From contig OZ244197.1 in NCBI GenBank assembly GCA_965216785.1, forward strand, positions 192,001-256,000: a DNA stretch of 64,000 nt, written 5' to 3'. The notes beneath the pieces were generated by a model. It was not told the origin of the DNA. It made no database searches and was given only the letters and a program-made list of their open reading frames with translations. The DNA comes from Thermodesulfobacteriota bacterium. Its GTDB lineage: Bacteria > Desulfobacterota_D > UBA1144 > Nemesobacterales > UBA2774. Both the position numbers and the translations under genes were made by a program. Shown here in pieces: positions 21,120 through 29,817 of this stretch (its first letter is position 1; each line of letters begins with the position of its first letter).

Positions 21120-21320
21120 ATGTTCGGCGGATCTAAGGTAAAACTGGATAAAGACCTCATTGAAAGATCAAAGAAATACGCAGAAGAAGCGGGGTACAGC
21201 TCACTAGAGGAATTCATTACCCATGCGGTGGAAAAGGAGCTGAGAAGCGCTGGCGGTTCTCCTGCTGAGGACGACGAGCAGGTAACAAAGAGGCTCAAAG
21301 GCCTAGGTTATATAGAGTAA
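21120..21320 (+). CDS. Small ribbon-helix-helix (CopG-like) protein with RLKGLGYIE tail
   Basis: GGAGG RBS; KVKLDKDLIER...AGYSSLEEFITHAVEKEL fits an RHH pattern; 66 aa. Confidence 0.75.
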   Translation: MFGGSKVKLDKDLIERSKKYAEEAGYSSLEEFITHAVEKELRSAGGSPAEDDEQVTKRLKGLGYIE

Positions 21321-21350
21321 GTATAGAATTGTACATATATTTGAATATCA

Positions 21351-21502
21351 TTCGAATCAGACAAAAATGAAATAGAATGTCTAAAAAGAGACTTGAATAC
21401 GAAAGTGCCAAATATTAACAAATTGAAATTAGTTGAATTTGATAAGGCGGAATTAGATATGGAGAATATACAAGGCTAAAAATGCTTGGATATATTCAAT
21501 GG
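21351..21502 (+). pseudogene. 3' relic of a fourth sulfatase-like paralog (frameshifted)
   Basis: Translates FESDKNEIECLKRDLNTKVPNINKLKLVEFDKAELDMENIQ, then in the -1 frame RLKMLGYIQ; aligns ungapped with the last 50 aa of 21549..23456; TGG where the paralogs have their stop. Confidence 0.75.
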
Positions 21503-21548
21503 CTTTTCTGGATAGAATTTATATCTATTATATCAAAGAAAATTAAAG

Positions 21549-23456
21549 GTGGGATCTCAATTGAAAAGATTATTGCAATATACATGCTTAGCCATAATAG
21601 CGGGAGTTATAATAGGTTTTATAATTTCTGTTTTACAAATCTCGAGCAATGAGTATATAAACTACGGGGCTTACAATCTCATACTCTACTACCTACAGGA
21701 GAATATTAACAAATACACACTATTGATAGCATGTGCTTCCTTAGTTCTAATTTTGCTGAAGATTGGCTTAGCCAGACTGAGGTTCTTTAAGGGCTCACCT
21801 GTAAGTAAGTTACTAAATCAACGAGTACTCTTATCAGTGCTTATAGCCCTGATAATCGCATACATACTGCAGTCCTATTTCAGCGTTCACTCCATCGGCA
21901 TAATTAAATACCTAAAATCTAGCCCCTTAAATGATCTTCTAGCACAGCTAAGTAGCTCTAAGAAGGAAACGCAGAAAATTTACAACTCAGTCATATATAT
22001 ATCGGGAATTTTATTTATCGTCTTGTGTAGTTATGTTTTACTACGGTTCCAGGTAACCGAAACGGTTTTAAACGGCATAAATAAAATCGCACATTCAAAA
22101 ATTACCACCTATGCCGGCATTGCTTTGATAGCGGTATTGGTAATATTCAATGTATATGTTATCACCTATAAGAATTCATCTACTCCCGATGGCCCCAACG
22201 TTATATTGATCTCTCTGGATACTACAAGAGCAGACCGCCTTAGTTCCTATGGGTACTCTCGAAATACATCTCCGAACATAGATAAACTTGCCGCCCAAGG
22301 AGTGCTTTTTGAAAACGCATATTCACAAGCCCCGTGGACATTACCGGCTATGGCTACTGTTCATACATCTCTTTACCCTACTGAACACGGCGTGATATAT
22401 GGGAATGTGGCGATAAAGGGCAATCTCATCACTCTTGCAGAATATTTGAAAAATAATAATTACAAGACGATGGCTATCACGACTCACTCATTTGTTGACA
22501 GTAACCACGGTTTCTCTCAGGGCTTTGATATATTCGATGAATTGAATCACCGAGGAAATGATGATATCTCTTCGGAAAGAATAAGCCAAAAGGCGATAGA
22601 ACTGATTTCTGATAATAAAGATGACAAGTTTTTCCTATGGGTTCACTACTTTGACCCTCACGCTGCATATATTAACCATGAGGAATACAATTACGGTCAA
22701 AACCCCAATGGGAATTACCCCGACGTTTTGAAGGCCGTCCCATTAAATAATGATGATTATGATCTAAATCCAGAGTTTGTACAATACGTAAACGATGTAT
22801 ATGATGAAGAAGTTTCGTTTACGGATAGGAGTGTCGGTAAAGTAATTGATGCTCTTAGTGACATGGGATTAAAAGAAGATACGGTGATTATTTTAACTGT
22901 TGACCATGGAGAGGAATTATTTGATAGAACCAGGTTTGGCCATGGTAACAACACTTATGAGGAGCTAATTCACGTTCCTCTGATTATTTACGATCCAAGT
23001 CAGAAAGAATTGGCGGGAACAAGAATCAAGCATGCAGTAGAGACGCGGAAAATCCCTAAAACAATTGTTGAGGTCTGCGGAATTGAAAATAGCCATTTTG
23101 GGGGGGAAAATCTATTCGAAATAGCTAAGGGTGATAAAGATTCACAAAGTTATTTCGCATTCAGCGAAGGCAGCAGCACAAGAAGCGACGGTACGATAAA
23201 GCACGCCATCATCGGTAAGAACTGGAAGTTGATTAAAAACCTTGGTGAGAATTCATTCGAATTATATGATCTTGAAAATGACCCAGGAGAAAAGATTAAT
23301 CTCATTGAATCTGAAGAGCCGGAGAATGTGACTATGAGAAACGAGCTTTATTCAGAACTTTCCGGATTTAAAAAAGAACGGCTGGTGGAGTTAGAAAAGG
23401 TAGAATTCACAAAACAAGAGCTGGAGGAGTTGAAAGCACTGGGATACTTGCAATAA
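21549..23456 (+). CDS. Membrane-anchored sulfatase-like hydrolase/transferase
   Basis: About 5 TMs; ISLDTTRAD, QAPWTLPA, HYFDPH, DHGEE; ends ELKALGYLQ; AT-rich. Confidence 0.87.
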   Translation: MGSQLKRLLQYTCLAIIAGVIIGFIISVLQISSNEYINYGAYNLILYYLQENINKYTLLIACASLVLILLKIGLARLRFFKGSPVSKLLNQRVLLSVLIALIIAYILQSYFSVHSIGIIKYLKSSPLNDLLAQLSSSKKETQKIYNSVIYISGILFIVLCSYVLLRFQVTETVLNGINKIAHSKITTYAGIALIAVLVIFNVYVITYKNSSTPDGPNVILISLDTTRADRLSSYGYSRNTSPNIDKLAAQGVLFENAYSQAPWTLPAMATVHTSLYPTEHGVIYGNVAIKGNLITLAEYLKNNNYKTMAITTHSFVDSNHGFSQGFDIFDELNHRGNDDISSERISQKAIELISDNKDDKFFLWVHYFDPHAAYINHEEYNYGQNPNGNYPDVLKAVPLNNDDYDLNPEFVQYVNDVYDEEVSFTDRSVGKVIDALSDMGLKEDTVIILTVDHGEELFDRTRFGHGNNTYEELIHVPLIIYDPSQKELAGTRIKHAVETRKIPKTIVEVCGIENSHFGGENLFEIAKGDKDSQSYFAFSEGSSTRSDGTIKHAIIGKNWKLIKNLGENSFELYDLENDPGEKINLIESEEPENVTMRNELYSELSGFKKERLVELEKVEFTKQELEELKALGYLQ

Positions 23457-23495
23457 TTAATCTGAGTTAATGTAGTCTTCGTAATAAAATCATCT

Positions 23496-25391
23496 ATGAT
23501 TAAAGATATCCAGAACATCATAAAACTTCTGAATTTAGCTGTGATATCGGGTATTGTGTCCGGTCTTTTTTTCGCCTTTGTCCATATTATAAAGAATAGG
23601 TATTTAGATTATGGGGCGTATAATATCGCGCTGCTTGATTCAATAGCGTATATAAAGGATTATCTACTGATATTTTTATTATTCGCTCTGGTTGTATGGA
23701 TTATTAATACCGTACTTCTTCATGTATTCCATAACGAACGATTAAAACGATTCCATGAAAATAATCACCAGAAGAATTTATCCATATCTCTATCTTATTC
23801 AGTAATGTTGGTGTTATTATTAGCATTATTTCTCTATTCCACATACCCGGAAATCATACAGTATTTAAAATCCACTCCACTGGCCAATTCTCTACATAAA
23901 CTAACCAAGTCGATAGAAGAAACTAAAAGGATTTTTATCTTTATAACATCAGTTTCAGGTTTTTTATTCCTCGTCTTGAGTACATATTTATTATCTAAGT
24001 TTAAATTAGCAGATAAAGTTCACAGTCGGTTAATGAGAATCGCCGACTCTGAAGTTACAAAGTCCCTGGGATTCGCGCTTTTGGCATTGGTGATCATATT
24101 AAATATTTTCGTATTCGGATATAAAAAAATAAACAGCCCTAGCGGACCAAACATATTGCTAATTTCTATCGACACGCTGAGGGCGGATCACATCAGCTCT
24201 TATAGCCATTACAGAAAAACAACTCCAAATATAGATAAACTTGCGGATAAAGGAATACTTTTTGAAAATGCTTACTCTCAAGGCCCTTGGACCTATCCAT
24301 CTATGGCCTCAATGCATACTTCTCTGTACCCATCGCAAGTATCTATTTTTAATTTGAACACAAGCATACATAGCGCTCATACGACTTTGGCAGAGTATAT
24401 GAAGAATAATTTTTATAATACTCACGCAATTATTTCGAATATAGTGGTCGGTAAAGCTCGAGGATTCTCTCAGGGTTTCGATATCTTCGATCAGGACCCT
24501 ACTGGAAATGCAAACGACTTAACTTCACCCCTTGTAACAGATCGGGCAATTGAATATCTGACGGAGGTGAAGGGAGATAAATTCTTTCTCTGGCTTCATT
24601 ATATGGACCCGCACCATAAATATGTCCACCACCCTGAATATAATTACAGTGAGGGTTATAGCGGCTCGCTCGGAGATATTTTAAACACCGGATATTTAAC
24701 GAAACAAAAAGAAAACTTAGACGAAGAGGACTTGATATATGTAAAAGACATTTATGACGAGGAGATTTCATTCACGGACCATCACATTGGACTCGTCTTG
24801 AACAAACTAAGCGAACTGGGCCTTTCTGACAATACCATAGTTATAATAACCGCTGACCATGGGGAAGAATTTATGGAAAGAAATAACTTTGGCCATGGAC
24901 AATCCTTGTATCAGGAGCTTATACATGTGCCGCTAATAATCTACGTTCCTAGCGATAAAGAAATTGAACCAAAGAGGGTAAAATCTAGCGTTGAAGTAAG
25001 GAGTATAGCAAGAACGATCCTTGATTTGTGCGGTATCCGCGGTAGCCGCATCCAAGGTAAAAACCTCTTAATCATTGCAGAAGATGAACCAGAGAGTTAT
25101 GCATTCAGTCAAAAGTTAAGAAAACCTAGTAATAGTTTGGAAACAATAATTATGGAAAACTGGAAGCTAATAATAAACCCTCATCTCGGCTCTTATGAAT
25201 TATACGATATGGAAAGTGATCCCGGGGAGCAAAAGAATTTATTTGATTCGGAAGATACAGATAAAACTGTAATAAAGGATTTAATATCTAAGTCTTCTGA
25301 AATTGAAAAAGACAGCGTTTTCGAAACTGTCGAAGTAAATTTAAACGAAGAAGATATAGAAAAATTAAAAGCTCTCGGATATATTCAATAG
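23496..25391 (+). CDS. Membrane-anchored sulfatase-like hydrolase/transferase (tandem paralog)
   Basis: About 5 TMs; ISIDTLRAD, QGPWTYPS, HYMDPH, ADHGEEF; ends KLKALGYIQ; AT-rich. Confidence 0.87.
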   Translation: MIKDIQNIIKLLNLAVISGIVSGLFFAFVHIIKNRYLDYGAYNIALLDSIAYIKDYLLIFLLFALVVWIINTVLLHVFHNERLKRFHENNHQKNLSISLSYSVMLVLLLALFLYSTYPEIIQYLKSTPLANSLHKLTKSIEETKRIFIFITSVSGFLFLVLSTYLLSKFKLADKVHSRLMRIADSEVTKSLGFALLALVIILNIFVFGYKKINSPSGPNILLISIDTLRADHISSYSHYRKTTPNIDKLADKGILFENAYSQGPWTYPSMASMHTSLYPSQVSIFNLNTSIHSAHTTLAEYMKNNFYNTHAIISNIVVGKARGFSQGFDIFDQDPTGNANDLTSPLVTDRAIEYLTEVKGDKFFLWLHYMDPHHKYVHHPEYNYSEGYSGSLGDILNTGYLTKQKENLDEEDLIYVKDIYDEEISFTDHHIGLVLNKLSELGLSDNTIVIITADHGEEFMERNNFGHGQSLYQELIHVPLIIYVPSDKEIEPKRVKSSVEVRSIARTILDLCGIRGSRIQGKNLLIIAEDEPESYAFSQKLRKPSNSLETIIMENWKLIINPHLGSYELYDMESDPGEQKNLFDSEDTDKTVIKDLISKSSEIEKDSVFETVEVNLNEEDIEKLKALGYIQ

Positions 25392-25436
25392 GTATTTAAA
25401 ACACTCGCTTAATAAAGTTATGCCCTAGACTAAAAT

Positions 25437-26264
25437 ATGTGGTATTTAAATCTCGCAATAAGCAGCTTTTTCGATCTACTAATAGCGCCGTTTAAGAATC
25501 TGAACCCGCTATGGTCCCTGACGTTTATGTCCCTGCTCATAGGGATATTGATGCTTTTGATATTCAGATACACGTCAAATCAGGAAGCCATAAGAAAAAC
25601 TAAGGATAAAATCAGGGCATATATATTCGAGCTCAGGCTGTTTAAGGACGAGCTTGGTATTGTGCTATCCGCGCAGAAAAACATATTCTCTTACAACATG
25701 AAATATATATCATACGCTCTCAAGCCAATGCTCTTTATGATAGTGCCGCTCGCTATAGTATTGATACAGCTCGAGGGATGGTATGGGTATAAGGCACTTA
25801 CTCCCCAAGAGTCCGCCGTCGTGTCACTTAAACTGTCCGAGGGCGATACGGAGTTGATAAACAGCGTTACTATGACAGCTTCACCAGGGCTTGAGATTGA
25901 CTCTCCCGCACTAAGAATTCAAAGTGAAAAGGAAGTTAACTGGAAGATCCGGGCAAAGGAATTGGGCATCCATAATCTTACCTTCAATGTAGATGATTAC
26001 TCGTTTGATAAAGAAGTTGTTGTATCGGACAAGGGACTTAAACGCATAACACCGGCTTCATTTAGATCAGAGCTCTGGAATTTTGTTCTTAATCCGGGAG
26101 GGAAAGCACTGCCCGACAATCCTTACGTCGAAGAAATAGACGTCAGCTACCCACTGAACTCTATTAAAGTTTACGGATGGAGCACACACTGGCTTGTGGT
26201 GATATTCGTTCTTTCTATAGTATTCGGATTCGCTCTGAAGGGACTATTTAAGGTCGAGATTTAA
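25437..26264 (+). CDS. Membrane protein with DUF106/EMC3/TMCO1 (Oxa1 superfamily)-like architecture and an inserted soluble domain
   Basis: Amphipathic N-helix, TM1, charged coiled-coil, KPM..MIVP TM2, ~130-aa beta-rich insert, HW..F.LS TM3; family assignment by pattern only. Confidence 0.6.
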   Translation: MWYLNLAISSFFDLLIAPFKNLNPLWSLTFMSLLIGILMLLIFRYTSNQEAIRKTKDKIRAYIFELRLFKDELGIVLSAQKNIFSYNMKYISYALKPMLFMIVPLAIVLIQLEGWYGYKALTPQESAVVSLKLSEGDTELINSVTMTASPGLEIDSPALRIQSEKEVNWKIRAKELGIHNLTFNVDDYSFDKEVVVSDKGLKRITPASFRSELWNFVLNPGGKALPDNPYVEEIDVSYPLNSIKVYGWSTHWLVVIFVLSIVFGFALKGLFKVEI

Positions 26265-28177
26265 GAGGTTAAATTAAGGGTAATTCTTCTTTTCTCTACG
26301 TCTGCTTCCACTACTTTTACCTTAACTTTCTGGCCAATGTCAAACCATCTTTTGCGCCAATTGCGTATGGTGTCTTTAGGCACAAGCCCTTCAACGAATA
26401 GCTTCTCGACTTCAACAAACATCCCGAAGGGCAAAACACTAATCACGATCCCGTCAAACTCATCTCCGATGTAGGACTTCATGAGGTGCGCCCTTTCCAG
26501 GTTTATCGATTCTCTCTCTACGAGATCCGCGATCCTTTCTTTTTTTGAAGACTGCTCGGAAATCCACTCAAGTGTGTCTTCAGTGTATGGGTGGGACTGG
26601 TTCTTGATGAGCGCGTTTATTATCCTGTGCACAACAAGATCGGGGTAGCGTCTTATAGGCGAGGTAAAATGTGTATAGTGCTTAAGAGCAAGGCCGAAGT
26701 GTCCGCTCCCGCGGGTTGAATATATGGCTCTTTTTAACGAGCGGAGTATGAGGAGAATCACCGCTAGCTGGTTGCGCTTATTTTTACTCTTGTTAATAAT
26801 CCGCTGTAAATCAATGGTGTCGACTCTATCGTCCGCGATTAGTATATACCCGAGCTTCCTTAAACCCTCTGAGAGCTCATTAAGGGATTCCGAGTCAGGG
26901 GGTTCGTGAATTCTGTATATTGAAGGGACCCTGGCTTTGTTTATAAAATTTGCGACTGCTACGTTTGCTGCTATCATAAACTCTTCAATAAGACAGTGCG
27001 CCGTATTTCTCTCCGTTCTGACTATATCGACAGTGTGCCCTAACTCGTCTTTTATGATATCGGGCTCGGGAAGCTCGAAACTAAGCTCACCGACCTCATT
27101 TCTTCTGGCTTTTATGAGCTCATAGAGCTCATTCATTACCTTGAGCTTATCTATAATTTGTCTCTCTTTCTTTGAGACCCTGCCCTTTTTGTTGAGATTA
27201 TTCGATACCCACGTGTATGTAAGACGTGCGGAGCTTCTGATTACACTGTTATAAACCCTCGAGCGCACCACCTCGCCTCTTTTGTTAAAATCCATCTCAA
27301 CGGTCTTCGTCAACCGGTCTTTGTCTTCTACGAGGCTGCAAAGGTCATCGGAAAGCCGGTTCGGTAGCATGGGAATGACCTGATCGGGCATATAGACGCT
27401 GGTTGCTCTGCTGAGCGCTTCATTGTCTATATCGCTCCCGAGCTTAACATAATGGGAAACATCTGCTATGCAGACGAGTAAACGGTAACCTGATCTCCTC
27501 TTATATATACCAACGGCATCATCAAAATCCTTTGCGCTTTCCCCGTCAATGGTAAAGATGGTCTCTTTTCTTAAGTCCTTTCTTCTTTTAATCTCGTGCT
27601 CTGGAATTTCGCTTGGAATATTCTCAAGCTCGCTTAATGCTTGACCCGGAAAAGAAAGGGGCATATCGTATTCGATTAATATTCCTTTTTTCTCTACCTC
27701 CAAATCCCCCGCTTTACCCAGAACTTCCACAACATTTCCCTGCAGGCTCCCGCTGCCGGAGAGCTTGTTTTTAAGCTTTGTTACGACCAGGCTGTTGTTT
27801 CTGAGTGTGCGGATGTTGTTATGACTTAGGCTAATATGAGGCATCTTATCGTCTTTGGGAATCACTTTGCCGGTCTTCCCGGTTTTAACGTATTTCCCAA
27901 GAACCTTTCCCTCTTTAAGGAGCTCACTTAGTGAGGCTTTGGAGCGTGTAGGAGATTTTTCCTGTTTTACAGCTTTCTGAATAGCTGTAAGTGCAAACTT
28001 GCCTCCGTTAACCCTTTTAAGTTTTCCATCACTGACCATCTTGCGAAGTACTTTTTTTAGAATCGGTCTGGCCTCTTTAGGCATACCAAGATGCTTGGAT
28101 ATCTCTTTTGAGCGCATCGTTTTGTACTTTGAGTTTTTAAGTAGTCTTTCTATTTCTTTTTGCTTGGGAACTTTCAT
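26261..28177 (-). CDS. rnr: Ribonuclease R (RNB family exoribonuclease)
   Basis: FTIDGESAKDFDDA, IEEFMIAAN, HFTSPIRRYPDL, C-terminal S1, N-terminal HTH; stop overlaps the convergent gene by 4 nt. Confidence 0.93.
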   Translation of the reverse strand: MKVPKQKEIERLLKNSKYKTMRSKEISKHLGMPKEARPILKKVLRKMVSDGKLKRVNGGKFALTAIQKAVKQEKSPTRSKASLSELLKEGKVLGKYVKTGKTGKVIPKDDKMPHISLSHNNIRTLRNNSLVVTKLKNKLSGSGSLQGNVVEVLGKAGDLEVEKKGILIEYDMPLSFPGQALSELENIPSEIPEHEIKRRKDLRKETIFTIDGESAKDFDDAVGIYKRRSGYRLLVCIADVSHYVKLGSDIDNEALSRATSVYMPDQVIPMLPNRLSDDLCSLVEDKDRLTKTVEMDFNKRGEVVRSRVYNSVIRSSARLTYTWVSNNLNKKGRVSKKERQIIDKLKVMNELYELIKARRNEVGELSFELPEPDIIKDELGHTVDIVRTERNTAHCLIEEFMIAANVAVANFINKARVPSIYRIHEPPDSESLNELSEGLRKLGYILIADDRVDTIDLQRIINKSKNKRNQLAVILLILRSLKRAIYSTRGSGHFGLALKHYTHFTSPIRRYPDLVVHRIINALIKNQSHPYTEDTLEWISEQSSKKERIADLVERESINLERAHLMKSYIGDEFDGIVISVLPFGMFVEVEKLFVEGLVPKDTIRNWRKRWFDIGQKVKVKVVEADVEKRRITLNLTS

Positions 28178-28448
28178 ATGTGAATCACTGAAGAGTGTTT
28201 GAACCGCCCTTTAAGGATAGATGGTTATTGTGCTGACAGACTGGTTTAAAGGCAACATACATAAGCTGAGCTTAAGACAGTATAAGAGTACATATATAAT
28301 CGCATAAATACAAACAAAGAGACTCAAAGAGCCTATTGCCAAAGGTGCAGCTGTAAATATATAATGACAATCATTTGAACATAAGTGGATATTCAGATAG
28401 AATTCTCTTCGCTGTGTTTGTAATAGAATTTGTCTGGAGGAAAATCAG

Positions 28449-28640
28449 TTGCTCAGAAAAAATCTGCCTGGCGCTATTTTAGTATGTCTTATCCTATTTT
28501 CATTTATAGCTGTAGGGCTTTACCTCGGTATATCCCTAAACTGGCACGCTTACTTTAAAGGGCTGGCTATAATTGCCGTCATTGCGTTCATAGTATCGGC
28601 AATTATTAACTCGGTTCCCGCCGGAAGAGATAATAGCTAA
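28449..28640 (+). CDS. Small two-TM membrane protein
   Basis: GGAGG RBS 8 nt before a TTG start; two hydrophobic helices; fills the intergenic gap. Confidence 0.5.
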   Translation: MLRKNLPGAILVCLILFSFIAVGLYLGISLNWHAYFKGLAIIAVIAFIVSAIINSVPAGRDNS

Positions 28641-28667
28641 CTTCCATTATTTAACATCTTAACCAGA

Positions 28668-29309
28668 TTAAGGGGTTATTATGAGACCACCCTCAGGGCC
28701 TTTTTCCTGCTGGGGCTCCTCAGGATAGTAGCGAAGTATGTGAATCAAGTAGCTCTTTTCGTTGGAATCATTGTCCATATAGAACCTGGCTTCTGTCAAA
28801 AACTCTTCTATCACGGCTGAAGCAAAGTCCACAGTCACCCGGTTGCCGCCGACGTCGGGATTATCCTTGAACTCCGAGATCACGGTGAGTATGTTGTCCG
28901 AAATTACATTTGCGTTGCTGTTATCGCCCTGGTGCTGGTATATGAGGCCTTTCTTTTCAGTTTCGAGCGTCTTATTCACAAGCTCAAGTGCCTTTACCAA
29001 ATCCTCATTCTTAATATCACCATTTTCACGAAATACTCTTGCAAAAGTCATCTCGAGCCTTGCGAATATCTCGGGGTTACGCCCGTAGAGCTCAGCTCTG
29101 CGTACATAGGTGCCTGCACCTTCCTTGCGTATACGCTGATGCATGATTTTTTTGTGGTGGTGCTTCTGTCCCTCTACAAAATAACGGCAGTCAAGCGGGC
29201 AGTTGATCTCAACCCCCCTCTTCTCCCCGCAGCAAACCGGGCAAATCTCAGCCCTCTTTGCGGGACAGTAGCGCTTGGGTTTTCGTTTTTCACAAAGTAT
29301 GCATTTCAT
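28668..29309 (-). CDS. Hypothetical protein with N-terminal Cys-rich Zn-binding domain
   Basis: CxxC...CP...CPxCC...CPxxC at the N-terminus; starts 6 nt after the mutase small subunit stop. Confidence 0.75.
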   Translation of the reverse strand: MKCILCEKRKPKRYCPAKRAEICPVCCGEKRGVEINCPLDCRYFVEGQKHHHKKIMHQRIRKEGAGTYVRRAELYGRNPEIFARLEMTFARVFRENGDIKNEDLVKALELVNKTLETEKKGLIYQHQGDNSNANVISDNILTVISEFKDNPDVGGNRVTVDFASAVIEEFLTEARFYMDNDSNEKSYLIHILRYYPEEPQQEKGPEGGLIITP

Positions 29310-29315
29310 AAAAGT

Positions 29316-29735
29316 TTAAGAATGAGCCCTCGGTGTAACGTTCTCCCTTATCCACCCCGTTATTTCATCCGTCGAAGCGCCCGGCTCGAATATAGCTTTT
29401 ACTCCTTTCTCTTTAAGTGATTCTATATCTTCCTTGGGAATAATACCGCCCCCAAAGACAGTTTTATCCTCAATTCCGCGCTCTTTAAGCAGCCTGAGTA
29501 TCTCAGGGAAAATATGGTTGTGGGCACCTGAAAGAACACTTATACCCAAAGCGTCCACATCTTCCTGAAGAGCCATCTCGACAACCGTCTCGGGGGTATT
29601 GTGAAGCCCTGAGTAGATGACCTCAAACCCGGCGTCCCTTAGCGCTCTTGCCACTATTATGATGCCCCTGTCATGGCCGTCCAGTCCTACCTTTCCCAGA
29701 AGTATCCTAAGCTTTGTGCCGTCTTTCATAATCAA
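29316..29735 (-). CDS. Acyl-CoA mutase small (cobalamin-binding) subunit
   Basis: DGHDRG (DxHxxG), SVLSGAH, GGIIP. Confidence 0.95.
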   Translation of the reverse strand: MIMKDGTKLRILLGKVGLDGHDRGIIIVARALRDAGFEVIYSGLHNTPETVVEMALQEDVDALGISVLSGAHNHIFPEILRLLKERGIEDKTVFGGGIIPKEDIESLKEKGVKAIFEPGASTDEITGWIRENVTPRAHS

Positions 29736-29817
29736 GTTTTATTACAATAGTAAATGAGTATACATGAGAGTAGTGGTTATTATAAAGCCGTAAGCCTTCC
29801 TTAGTCCCCGTTATAAA

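Noticed and set aside
14747-25391. Polysaccharide-degrading sulfatase locus
   Set aside because: No (C/S)xPxR motif, maturase, glycoside hydrolase or uptake gene in the cluster
8082-26264. Integrative genomic island at tRNA-Ser
   Set aside because: Accessory-looking genes follow the tRNA, but I found no integrase or transposase and no duplicated tRNA 3' end by eye
28178-28448. Possible ncRNA upstream of rnr
   Set aside because: No recognisable family motif or convincing stems; consistent with divergent promoters
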